From assembly GCA_963785725.1 (NCBI GenBank), contig CAWAWS010000002.1, positions 256,001-320,000 on the forward strand: a stretch of 64,000 nt of DNA. Direction: 5' to 3'. This DNA is from an uncultured delta proteobacterium. GTDB lineage: Bacteria; Myxococcota_A; Polyangia; Palsa-1104. The translations under genes were made by a program, and so were the position numbers. Below, one piece after another: positions 1-9,025 of this stretch (its first letter is position 1; every line of letters begins with the position of its first letter). The notes below the pieces were generated by a model. The model saw only the letters and a list, made by a program, of their open reading frames with translations. It had not been told where the DNA came from and did no database searches.

Positions 1-326
1 GGCTCTTGGCCGCGACGTCGCCGCAGTTCGGCGGTCGTCAAGACGAGCCGGCGGCGCGCAAAGCGGCGCTGGCGATCGCGACGCCGATCTGGCTCGCCGG
101 GCCGTTCGCGCTCTTCGATTCGATTCCGCATCTCGGCTTCATTGCGCCGCTCGCGCACATCGCGGGGCTGGCGTACGGCGTGCTCATCGGCGTCTCGGCG
201 CTGCCGCTCCTCCTCGGCACGCCGAATTCGAAGGCGCCGGTGCAGCTCTTGGCCACGCTCGGCATCAGCGCCGTCGCGCTCGGCGCCGTCTGGTACCTCG
301 CCTTCACCGTCCTCCTGCCGACGTAA
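1..326 (+). CDS. Yip1-like membrane protein, C-terminal part (starts before window)
   Basis: Three hydrophobic helices with TPIWLAG...LAYG...LLLGTP pattern typical of Yip1-family C-termini. Confidence 0.5.
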   Translation, partial: LLAATSPQFGGRQDEPAARKAALAIATPIWLAGPFALFDSIPHLGFIAPLAHIAGLAYGVLIGVSALPLLLGTPNSKAPVQLLATLGISAVALGAVWYLAFTVLLPT

Positions 327-338
327 ACCCTTGCGGGA

Positions 339-1452
339 CTAGCTGTCGAGCGCGGGAGCCGGGGCGACGCTGGTGCGCTCGACGACGGCGTGCGACTCGA
401 ATCCAGCCGTGCACGAGCGGGAACACTTCAGCCGGCGCCTCGCGACCAATGACGAGGTCGAAGTGGCCGTAGTTGACGCGCATTCCTTGCGCGCGCGAGC
501 AGATGACGAACTGCTTGTCGCGCGAGCCGATGGCGTCGTGCGTGGCTTTGACGGCGTCGGGCGACGACAGCGCGTCGCGCGGACCGGCCAAGAACAGCGT
601 CGGCACCGTGATGCTGCCGAGCTCGGCCCGATAGTCGCGGCGCTGATCGATGGCGCGAAAGACGTCGCGCATGATCCAGTCACTGTATTGAAGCAGCTCG
701 TTGCGCGAGAAGTTGGCGATCATATTGACCATCGCCCGCCGTTGAATGCTGCCGTCGAGGTTCTCCGGGTTGTGAATGATCTGCATCGGCATGAGGTGGA
801 CATGCCCGGAGAGCGGCGCCAGCACGCGCAACAGCCAGCGATGACGGAGAAAACGCACGCTGCGCAGAAGCCGGCCCGAGATCGCGCGGCCGAGCCGCTT
901 GAACGACGCCGCGCCGCCGATCGAGACCAGCGACGCCACCGCCATCTGCCGGCGCGGATCGGACAGGAACGCGTAACAGGCCAGGGCGCCGGTCGAAAAG
1001 CCGACCAAATGCAACGATGTAGCGCCGGTCGCGCGGGCGATGACGGCAGCGGCGCAGGGCAGATCGCGCTCCGCGTAGTCGTCGAAGGACCAGTCGTAGC
1101 GAAGGCCGCTGAAGAGCCGAGGACGCAGCGAGTAGCCGCGTCCGCGCAGCTCGACGATCCAGACGTCGTGGCCGCGATCGCGCAGGTGACGCGCCAGTGA
1201 CAGCTCGTCGGTCAGGTCGAGGTTGTAGCGGTTGGCGGCGACGCCGTGCACGAGCAGCACCGGCGGCCGACCCGGCGTCGGCGCATCGGGACGATAGCGT
1301 AAAATCGCGATACGCCAACCATCCGACGTCGTTCCATATTGAATTTCATCAGGAAATCGCGGGACAAAGAAGTAGCGCGCGGCCAAAAAGCTGACGTAAC
1401 TGAGCAGCGCCAGGCCGACGATGCTGCCGATGACGATCGGGAGCCACGCCAT
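339..1452 (-). CDS. Alpha/beta hydrolase with N-terminal membrane anchor (probable +1 indel near 410)
   Basis: LLVHG, ELRGRG, GFSTG nucleophile elbow, YGHFDL His; removing one T at ~410 gives the end HGWIESHAVVERTSVAPAPALDS*. Confidence 0.8.
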
Positions 1453-1512
1453 TTGCAGCGGATATTAGCTGAAATCTTGACGTTTTCAGGTCAAATGCGG
1501 AATATGCAGCGC

Positions 1513-2019
1513 ATGGTCATCCATGTCGCGCTCGGCGACATCACTCAGTTGACCGTGGACGCCATCGTTAACCCGGCGAACTCGTTGGGTATCATGGAAA
1601 ATGGCGTGGCGCGGACGATCAAGGTCGAGGGCGGCGACGAAATCGAGGTCGAGGCCAGATCGACTGCGCCCATTGCCGTCGGCGCGGCGATCGTCACCGG
1701 CGCCGGCGCGCTCTGGTGCAAGGCCGTCATCCACGCGCCAACCATGGAAACGCCCGGAATGCGGGTCGGCGTCGAGAACGTGCGGCGTGCCGCGCGCGCG
1801 GCGCTGCTGGCGGCCGGGCGCAACAGCTACGAAACCGTGGCTTTCCCGGGCATGGGCACCGGCACGGGTCAGGTGCCGTACGACGAGGCCGCGCGCGCCA
1901 TGGTCGATGAATTGCGCGCGCACAAGATGCCGCAGCCGTCGACGATCTGGCTCATCGCGACCAATCACGACATGATCTACGCCTTCGAAGATGCGCTTCG
2001 CCTTGCGTCTTTGCCTTAG
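1513..2019 (+). CDS. Macro domain (ADP-ribose-binding) protein
   Basis: GDIT...DAIVNPANS, VIHA and AFPGMGTG motifs; start chosen at MVIHV. Confidence 0.88.
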   Translation: MVIHVALGDITQLTVDAIVNPANSLGIMENGVARTIKVEGGDEIEVEARSTAPIAVGAAIVTGAGALWCKAVIHAPTMETPGMRVGVENVRRAARAALLAAGRNSYETVAFPGMGTGTGQVPYDEAARAMVDELRAHKMPQPSTIWLIATNHDMIYAFEDALRLASLP

Positions 2020-2041
2020 TCGGCGTTAGCTTTCGCCGCGC

Positions 2042-3061
2042 ATGCCTGACGACGCTGAAGCGCAACCCAAGAAGCCGCTCACCTATCGCGACGCGGGCGT
2101 GGACATCGACGCCGGCGACGAGCTCGTCGAGCGCATCAAGCCGCACGTCAAACGCACGATGCGGCCCGAAGTCATCGGCGGATTGGGCGGCTTCGGCGGC
2201 CTGTTCGCGATGCCGAGCGGCTACAAAGAGCCGGTCCTCGTCAGCGGCACCGACGGCGTGGGCACCAAGCTCAAGGTCGCCTTCGCCACCGGCCGCCACG
2301 ACACGATCGGCATCGATCTCGTCGCCATGTGCGTCAACGACATCGCCGTCTCCGGTGCCGAGCCGCTCTTCTTCCTCGACTATTTCGCGTCCGGCAAGCT
2401 CGAGGTCGCGGTCGGCGAGGCGGTCGTCAAAGGCATCGCCGACGGCTGCGCCCAGGCCGGCTGCGCGCTCATCGGCGGCGAGACGGCCGAGCTGCCCGGC
2501 ATGTACAGCGACGGCGAATACGATCTGGCCGGCTTCGCGGTGGGCGTCGTCGAGAAGTCGCTCATCTTGGACGGCGCGCGCATCGCGCCCGGCGACGTCG
2601 TCATCGGCGTGGCCTCGAGCGGGCTGCATTCGAACGGCTATTCGTTGGCGCGTCGGGTGTTGACGATCGAGGACGACGCCGAGCGATTGCTTACGCCGAC
2701 GCGCATTTACGTGCGGGCGATGAAGGCGGCGCGCGCGGCGGGCGACGTCAAAGGCTTCGCGCACATCACGGGCGGCGGGCTCGTCGAGAATCCGCCGCGC
2801 GTCTTGGCCGACGGGCTCGTCATGCGGCTCGACGAGCGCAAGTGGCCGGAGCTGCCGGTGTTCGCGAAGATTGCGGCAGCCGGTGTCGCGCGGCCGGAGA
2901 TGCGACGCACGTTCAACTGCGGGCTCGGGCTCGTCGCCGTCGTCGCGGCGGGTGATGCCGAGGCCGTGCGCGCGGCCTTCGACGCCGCCGGCGAGCGCGC
3001 GTTCATCGTCGGTGACATCGTCGCCGGCGAAGGCGCAGCGCGCGTCGAGTTCAGCACGTGA
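2042..3061 (+). CDS. purM: Phosphoribosylformylglycinamidine cyclo-ligase
   Basis: [55 protein letters not shown]. Confidence 0.98.
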   Translation: MPDDAEAQPKKPLTYRDAGVDIDAGDELVERIKPHVKRTMRPEVIGGLGGFGGLFAMPSGYKEPVLVSGTDGVGTKLKVAFATGRHDTIGIDLVAMCVNDIAVSGAEPLFFLDYFASGKLEVAVGEAVVKGIADGCAQAGCALIGGETAELPGMYSDGEYDLAGFAVGVVEKSLILDGARIAPGDVVIGVASSGLHSNGYSLARRVLTIEDDAERLLTPTRIYVRAMKAARAAGDVKGFAHITGGGLVENPPRVLADGLVMRLDERKWPELPVFAKIAAAGVARPEMRRTFNCGLGLVAVVAAGDAEAVRAAFDAAGERAFIVGDIVAGEGAARVEFST

Positions 3062-3663
3062 GAGTCGGCGTCCTCGCCAGCGGCTCGGGGACGAATCTAC
3101 AGGCCATCCTCGACGCCGATCGGGCCGGCCAGCTCGGTCCGGCGCAGGTCGTCGTCGTCATCGCCAATGTTTCCGACGCGGGCGCCCTCGAACGCGCCCG
3201 CGCCGCCGGCGTTCCCGCCGAGCTCGTCGAGCACAACGCCTACACGTCGCGCGCGACCTTCGACGCCGCGCTGCTGGCGACGCTGGCGCGCTACGAGGTC
3301 GAGTTGGTGGCGCTGGCCGGCTTCATGCGCATCCTGACGCCGGCGTTCTTGCGCGGCTTTCCCGAGCGCGTCGTCAACATTCACCCGTCGCTGCTGCCGG
3401 CCTTTCCCGGCGTGCACGCGCAAAAGCAGGCGCTCGAATACGGCGCGCGCGTCTCCGGCTGCACGGTGCATTTCGTCGACGAGGGGCTCGATTCGGGGCC
3501 GATCATTTCGCAGTCGGCGGTCACGATCGCCGACGATGACGACCTGCCGCAGCTGACCGCGCGCATCTTGGCCGAGGAGCATCGACTCTACCCCGCCGCC
3601 ATCCGCGCCATCGCCGAAGGCCGCGTGCGGATCGCCGGCCGTCGCGTCATCATCAAGTCGTGA
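3058..3663 (+). CDS. purN: Phosphoribosylglycinamide formyltransferase
   Basis: [52 protein letters not shown] overlap with purM. Confidence 0.98.
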   Translation: MRVGVLASGSGTNLQAILDADRAGQLGPAQVVVVIANVSDAGALERARAAGVPAELVEHNAYTSRATFDAALLATLARYEVELVALAGFMRILTPAFLRGFPERVVNIHPSLLPAFPGVHAQKQALEYGARVSGCTVHFVDEGLDSGPIISQSAVTIADDDDLPQLTARILAEEHRLYPAAIRAIAEGRVRIAGRRVIIKS

Positions 3664-4184
3664 CCGACTTACAGCGTCGTTATCAGCTGCTGCATGGCGC
3701 GGATACCGAAGCCGCGCGCGCCGAGCTGGAGCGCCTGCGCACCGCGGGCAAGCCCGTCGTCATCGTCTCCGCCTGCCTGCTCGGCGTGCGCTGCCGCTTC
3801 GACGGGCAGGACAAAGCCGACGCCGCCGCCGTCGCCCGCGTCGCACAAGGCGCCGAGCTCTTGCCCTTGTGCCCCGAAGTCTTGGCGCGACTGGGCGTTC
3901 CGCGGCCGGCAATCACGCTCTCGGCCGACGGCAAGCAGGCCACCGACGCCCGCGGCCGCGACGTCACGGCCGAGCTGGAAGCGGGCGCGCGGCTGGCCAA
4001 TCGCTTCGCCGAGACCGCCGGCGCATCGCGCGCGCTGCTCAAGGAACGCAGCCCCTCGTGCGGCGTCCACAGCGTGCACGACGGCGAGGGCGGCTTGCGC
4101 GCCGGCGAAGGTCGCTTCACGGCGCGCCTGCGCAAGCGCGGCCTGCCCGTCGTCAGCGAGTCCTCCCAGCCTTCGACTACTTGA
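3660..4184 (+). CDS. DUF523 / 2-thiouracil desulfidase-like Fe-S protein
   Basis: SACLLGxxCRFDG, CPE, LKERSPSCG; overlaps purN stop. Confidence 0.88.
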   Translation: MTDLQRRYQLLHGADTEAARAELERLRTAGKPVVIVSACLLGVRCRFDGQDKADAAAVARVAQGAELLPLCPEVLARLGVPRPAITLSADGKQATDARGRDVTAELEAGARLANRFAETAGASRALLKERSPSCGVHSVHDGEGGLRAGEGRFTARLRKRGLPVVSESSQPSTT

Positions 4185-4629
4185 AGCTGCCGGAGCCGTC
4201 GAAGAGGAATGTGCCCGTGACGCTGCCGGACGCGACGCGCATGGGAATCGAGACGAAGCGCAGGCGGTAGGGATCGATGCCGTCGACGGCGAGCTGACCG
4301 CCGCCGCCGGACCAACCGCCGGAAAAGCCGCTCGTCGGCCGCACGGTGAAGCTGACGGCGGCGCTCGGCGCGGTGAGCGGCAGCATGTCGCCGCCGGCGA
4401 GCGGACCTTGGATGTCGATCGTCAGGATGCCGGCCGGCGCCGAAGCCGAGAAGTGGACGACGCCGACGGAGTCGACCACGGCGACGCCGTTGCCGGCCGT
4501 GAGCTGCGCGAAGCTGGGCGCCATCGACATGGCTTGGCTGACGGTGAGCATGACCTCGCCGCCGTCGCTCGAGCAGCCGCCGGCCGCGCCCAAGAGCGTG
4601 ATCGCGGCCGCCACGCGCAGCGTTCGCAT
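4177..4629 (-). CDS. Hypothetical lipoprotein
   Basis: MRTLRVAAAITLLGAAGGC lipobox-like signal; beta-rich mature part; TACAAT 6 nt upstream of ATG. Confidence 0.65.
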   Translation of the reverse strand: MRTLRVAAAITLLGAAGGCSSDGGEVMLTVSQAMSMAPSFAQLTAGNGVAVVDSVGVVHFSASAPAGILTIDIQGPLAGGDMLPLTAPSAAVSFTVRPTSGFSGGWSGGGGQLAVDGIDPYRLRFVSIPMRVASGSVTGTFLFDGSGSFK

Positions 4630-4669
4630 TGCCCGATTGTAGCCCAATCGCGTGTGCTAGGCTCGACGC

Positions 4670-6139
4670 GTGTCGACCAGCTTCTACGACGTCGTGGTCC
4701 TCGGCAGTGACCTCGGCGCGACGGTCGGCGGCGCGGTGTTGGCCCATCGCGGATTTCGCGTGCTGGTCGCGGGCGTGCCGGTCGAAGAGCGTTACGCCAT
4801 CGGGCCTTACACGTTGCCGCGCGCGCCGCTCGCCTTCGTCGGGACCGAAGCGCCGACGCTCAAGCGCATCGTCGGCGAGCTGAACCTGGTGCAGCTGCTG
4901 CGCCGGCGGCTCGAGCCCAATCGCCCCGCCTATCAGCTGCTCTTGCCTGACCATCGCATCGACCTCGGTGACGATTTGGGCCGCGAGCTCGCGCGCGAGC
5001 TGCCCGATGCGGTGGCGCCGTTCGAGACGGCGTCGGCGCGCGCGGCGGAGATTTCGGCGGCGCTCGAGTCGATCCTGGCGCAAGAGCTGATTCTGCCGCC
5101 CGACGGATTTTGGGATCGTCGCGACGCCAATCGCGTGGCCGCGCGGCTGCCCGAAGAGGGCGAAGACACGCAAGCCCCGCTGCCCGACGGTCATCCGCTG
5201 CGCGCGGCGTTGACGTTGCCGGCTATTTTCGGCGCGGCCTGCGATGACGTCGGCGCCGTCGGCACGGCGCGGCTCGGCGATCTGCATCGGCGCGGCACGT
5301 TTCGGCTCGACGGCGGCAAAGAGGGCCTGCGCGGCCTCTTGCTCGAGCGGCTCAAGACGCATTCGGGCGAAGTGCGACCCGAGCTGCAGCCGCGCGCCAT
5401 CCTGTCCAAGCGCGGCAAAGTCACCGGCGTCGCCTTCGAAGGGCGCAGCGAGGTCGTCGGCTGCACGCACGTGCTGTGCGGCATGGGCGCCGATCGCGTG
5501 GCCCAGCTGGTCGCTGCCGACGGCGAGAAGCCGCCCAAGCGGCTGCAGGAAGCGGCGGCGCTGACGCCGGCCGCGTGGCGCTACCTGCTGCACCTCGTGG
5601 CGCCGCTCGACGCGCTGCCCGACGCGCTCGGCCGCCTCGCCTACGCCGTCGCCGACTTGAAGCAGCCTTTTTCGGGCGCCAACGCGCTCATGCTCCATCT
5701 CGCCGACGGCTACGGGCAGCACGCGGTCCTGTCGGTCGAAGCGCTGGCGCCCGATCCGTCGCCCGGTGCTCTCGTCGCGCTGCGGCAGCAAATCCGTACG
5801 CATTTGACGCGTTTACTGCCCTTCGTCGATCGTCATTTGCTGCTCGTCCATTCGCCGCACGATGGGGTCGCGCCCGAAGGCATCGACGGCGAGCGCGCGT
5901 CCGCGCCGCCGACGCTGGTGCCGATGGACCCGATGTGGCATCTGCCGCAGCCGCGTCCGCTCGGCTTCTGCGGCCTGCCGCACGCGACGGGCGTGAAGCA
6001 TTTGCTGCTGGCGTCGCGACAGGTGCTGCCCAACCTCGGCGTCGAAGGCGAGCTGGCCGCGGGCTGGGCCGCCGCGCGCCTCGTCCTACAGACCGAGCGT
6101 AAGCGCGACCTCGTCAAGGGCGCCGTCCTCGAAGGCTGA
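4670..6139 (+). CDS. Phytoene dehydrogenase-like FAD-binding protein
   Basis: N-terminal YDVVVLGSDLG...LAHRGFRVLV degenerate Rossmann motif; C-terminal QVLPNLGVEG. Confidence 0.7.
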   Translation: MSTSFYDVVVLGSDLGATVGGAVLAHRGFRVLVAGVPVEERYAIGPYTLPRAPLAFVGTEAPTLKRIVGELNLVQLLRRRLEPNRPAYQLLLPDHRIDLGDDLGRELARELPDAVAPFETASARAAEISAALESILAQELILPPDGFWDRRDANRVAARLPEEGEDTQAPLPDGHPLRAALTLPAIFGAACDDVGAVGTARLGDLHRRGTFRLDGGKEGLRGLLLERLKTHSGEVRPELQPRAILSKRGKVTGVAFEGRSEVVGCTHVLCGMGADRVAQLVAADGEKPPKRLQEAAALTPAAWRYLLHLVAPLDALPDALGRLAYAVADLKQPFSGANALMLHLADGYGQHAVLSVEALAPDPSPGALVALRQQIRTHLTRLLPFVDRHLLLVHSPHDGVAPEGIDGERASAPPTLVPMDPMWHLPQPRPLGFCGLPHATGVKHLLLASRQVLPNLGVEGELAAGWAAARLVLQTERKRDLVKGAVLEG

Positions 6140-6213
6140 TCGCGGGCGGGCTGGCGAACGCTGATTTACGTCAGTTTTTTGCGATCGCGCCACGTTCGGG
6201 CGAAGCTTGCGAC

Positions 6214-6576
6214 ATGCACGATAGACGGCAGTCGCGCGTGGAGCGTCGGGAGAGTCGGCGTTCGCCCTTCGTCGCGGCGGTGCGGCATGAAGTCGGCGCC
6301 GACGTGGAGTTGGCGCTGGCGCAGAACCTCGGGCCGACGGGCATGGAGCTGAAGCGACCGCCGGGACGGACCTACTCGCCGTCGACGCCGGTGTCGTTGG
6401 CGTTCGAGCTGCCCGACGGCGGCGACCTCGTCAGCGTGCAGGGCGCGGTCGTCTTCGAGCGCTCCGAGAGCCACGGCCCGGGCGCGGCGCGCGAGCACCG
6501 CCGCTGCGGCGTGCGCTTCGACTCGCTGTCGCCGCTCGATCACGCGCGAATCCTGCGCGCGCTGCGCCAGCTCTGA
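6214..6576 (+). CDS. PilZ domain protein
   Basis: RRESRR (RxxxR), NLGPTG (D/NxSxxG-like) and GVRF motifs. Confidence 0.85.
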   Translation: MHDRRQSRVERRESRRSPFVAAVRHEVGADVELALAQNLGPTGMELKRPPGRTYSPSTPVSLAFELPDGGDLVSVQGAVVFERSESHGPGAAREHRRCGVRFDSLSPLDHARILRALRQL

Positions 6577-6626
6577 GATCCGATCCGACATTCGCTACAG
6601 AATCTGCTGCGGAAGGCGAAGGCGAA

Positions 6627-7010
6627 TCAGCGGCCGCTGAGCGCCTTTTGGACCTTGGCCATCAGGTCGTCGATCTGGAATGGCTTGGTGACGTAGAAGC
6701 GCGCGCCGACGTTGATGCCGTCGATCATGCTGCGCGGATCGGTCTTGGCGGTGAGGAAGATGACCGGGATCTTCTGCGTCTGCAGATGACCTTTGATCGC
6801 CTTGACGAAGCCCATGCCGTCGAGATTCGGCATCATGACGTCGCAGATGATGAGGTCGGGCTTCATCGACTCGAGCTTCATGAGGCCGTCGAGGCCGTCG
6901 CCGGCGACGGTCACGGTGAAGCCGTGCGCCGTCAGCTGCTTCTTCAGCAGCGTCTGCACCGCCGGCTCGTCTTCGAGGACGAGGATCGCTTTGCCGTCGC
7001 CGATGGCCAT
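6627..7010 (-). CDS. Single-domain response regulator (receiver)
   Basis: ILVLEDE, DLIICDVMMPNLDG, FLTA, KPF. Confidence 0.95.
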   Translation of the reverse strand: MAIGDGKAILVLEDEPAVQTLLKKQLTAHGFTVTVAGDGLDGLMKLESMKPDLIICDVMMPNLDGMGFVKAIKGHLQTQKIPVIFLTAKTDPRSMIDGINVGARFYVTKPFQIDDLMAKVQKALSGR

Positions 7011-7012
7011 CG

Positions 7013-7192
7013 CTATTCGGCCAACGGACGCGCTTCGTCCACGAGAAAATTGGGGATGTCGTCGACGACGGCGTAGACCAGCTTGCACGAGTCGCAGACG
7101 AGGCCGTGTCCGGTCTTCGTATCGCGCTCCGTCACCTTGCCCTTACACTTCGGGCAGCGGACGATCTCCAGCAGGTCCGGATGGATCGACAT
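7013..7192 (-). CDS. Trm112/YcaR family protein
   Basis: LLEIVRCPKCKG...LVCDSCKLVYAVVDDIPNFLVDEA. Confidence 0.92.
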   Translation of the reverse strand: MSIHPDLLEIVRCPKCKGKVTERDTKTGHGLVCDSCKLVYAVVDDIPNFLVDEARPLAE

Positions 7193-7358
7193 GCCGTCGG
7201 TGTTAGCACATGCGGGCGCTCGTGAAAAGCGCAACGGGCCAGATTCGCGGTGCGCTCGGCTTTGCCCTGGAAAATTCCGCCGACGGTGGGACATTCCGTC
7301 GCAGGCGCTGCGCCCAAAGCGCCGTGACGGCGGTCGCCGCGCCGACCGATGCCGCGCC

Positions 7359-8831
7359 TCAGCGCTTGCCCTTCTTCACGGCCGCGAAGGGCGCCGACGC
7401 GCCGTCGCGCCACTGCTTCAGCTCGGCCTGCGGCGCGCCGTTCTCGTCGCCGACGACCATGAGATGCGTAAACGCGTGGCTGATGTCGTCGGACGCCCAC
7501 GTGCCGGTGTTGAAGTACGTCGCGCCGCTCGACAGCGGCACCCGCTCGGGCGCGTGCGAATGGCCGAACACGATGAACGGCGCGCACACGAGGCCCTGAA
7601 TCAGGTTCGTCGTCGCGCGCAGCTTCACCGCCGACGACTCGAGGCGCATGTTGTTCAGGATCTCGTTGACGCCGGCGAAGGCCATGACCGCGCCCAGCGC
7701 GCCCAGCGCCTTCCACGCGCCCGGCAACAGCGCCAACATGATCGTCGCGGCGATGACGGCGACGATGCCGAGCAGCATGCGGTCGATGAACAGCGCGGCC
7801 AACAGCTTCCAGAAGCGGCGCGTCACCGGCTCACGCCGCAGCGAGTCGAGCGCGAGCAGCTTCTCTTCCGACATCTTCCAGTGCGCCGACAGCTGCTTCA
7901 AGCGCGCGTGATGCAGCTGCCGCCGCTCTTCGTCGACGCCGCGCAGCGAATACCACAGCTCGACGAGACGCCAGACCATGAGGCCGTAGATGTAGACGAC
8001 ATGCACGAGGCCGCGCAGGCCTTTGGCCCAACCCCAGCGCGCGTAGTCGGACAAGCCCCAATGCTCGGCGGTGTGCGGGTCGTAGCCGTCGACCTGATTG
8101 GCGAAATAACGCATACCGGCGTGTGCAACCGAGAGTGCGATACCGGATTTACGATTGAGCGGCTTGCCTGCGTCGCGACTGCCTCGGGCGCGGCGACGGT
8201 CTTCGGTCACCGGATGCAGCAGATAATCGAACGAGCAATACTCGTCGTATTGATGCCCGTGCTCGATATAAATCAGGTTTTCCTTGTAATAGAACCAAGG
8301 GCAGAACTCGATTCGGCGGGAAAACTCGGCGCGCGCTTCGTCCGACGCACCCATGCCCAGCGTCAAGCCGGCCAGCCATTCGACCAGCGTCTTCTGCACT
8401 GACGTGTAATGAAACTCGGCGTCGTGATTTCCGACCACGATGACCAAATCATTGCCGGCGGCGACGAACTGGCCGAGCTTCTCGAACACGCCCGGATGAC
8501 GCGCGATGACGCGCTCCATCTTCTTTTGCGACTGGCGCTCGCCGAAGCCGAGGCCGTAGAGGCGATCCTCTTCGTCGCCCTCTTCGACCACCGCGGCCAG
8601 CTCGGGCAGGATCATGACCGACATGAAGTCGACCATGTCGCCGTTGACGACGAGCCGCCACGGCCGCCCGTCGCGCTGATGCGACGAATAATGGACGAGG
8701 AACGCCTCCAGCTCGCGTTCGAGCTTCACCAGGTGGCGTAAGTAGGACACGTTTGCCCCACCGGGCCGCAAATCTTCGCCCAGGTGCAGATCGGAGATGA
8801 CCAGAATATTTTTATCCAAAGTCTTTCCCAT
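7359..8831 (-). CDS. Metallophosphoesterase with C-terminal membrane hairpin
   Basis: ISDLHLG, NGDMVD, GNHD, EHGH, FGHSH, NTGTW. Confidence 0.9.
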   Translation of the reverse strand: MGKTLDKNILVISDLHLGEDLRPGGANVSYLRHLVKLERELEAFLVHYSSHQRDGRPWRLVVNGDMVDFMSVMILPELAAVVEEGDEEDRLYGLGFGERQSQKKMERVIARHPGVFEKLGQFVAAGNDLVIVVGNHDAEFHYTSVQKTLVEWLAGLTLGMGASDEARAEFSRRIEFCPWFYYKENLIYIEHGHQYDEYCSFDYLLHPVTEDRRRARGSRDAGKPLNRKSGIALSVAHAGMRYFANQVDGYDPHTAEHWGLSDYARWGWAKGLRGLVHVVYIYGLMVWRLVELWYSLRGVDEERRQLHHARLKQLSAHWKMSEEKLLALDSLRREPVTRRFWKLLAALFIDRMLLGIVAVIAATIMLALLPGAWKALGALGAVMAFAGVNEILNNMRLESSAVKLRATTNLIQGLVCAPFIVFGHSHAPERVPLSSGATYFNTGTWASDDISHAFTHLMVVGDENGAPQAELKQWRDGASAPFAAVKKGKR

Positions 8832-9025
8832 CTACGGACTTCGAGTCCTCTACATGGATCAATCGCCACTCACGGCGTCCACGTTAGCGGCCGTCTGCAT
8901 GCAGCCTGTGCAAATCGTTCGCCATGATTCTTGTAAGCAGCCGCGCATCGAGCGCTCGCGGGCGAAATACGAGCTGTGGCGTAGCTAACGCGCTGCGCCG
9001 CACTTGTGGTATAGGCATGATCACA

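Noticed and set aside
3683..5803. 706-aa minus ORF and the many other Arg/Ala/Pro-rich overlapping ORFs in the track
   Set aside because: Off-frame or antisense to well-supported genes; stop codons are rare at this GC content
7250..7275. c-di-GMP-I riboswitch (GGGCAAAGCC on the minus strand)
   Set aside because: The rest of the two-stem consensus with GNRA loop and receptor was not found
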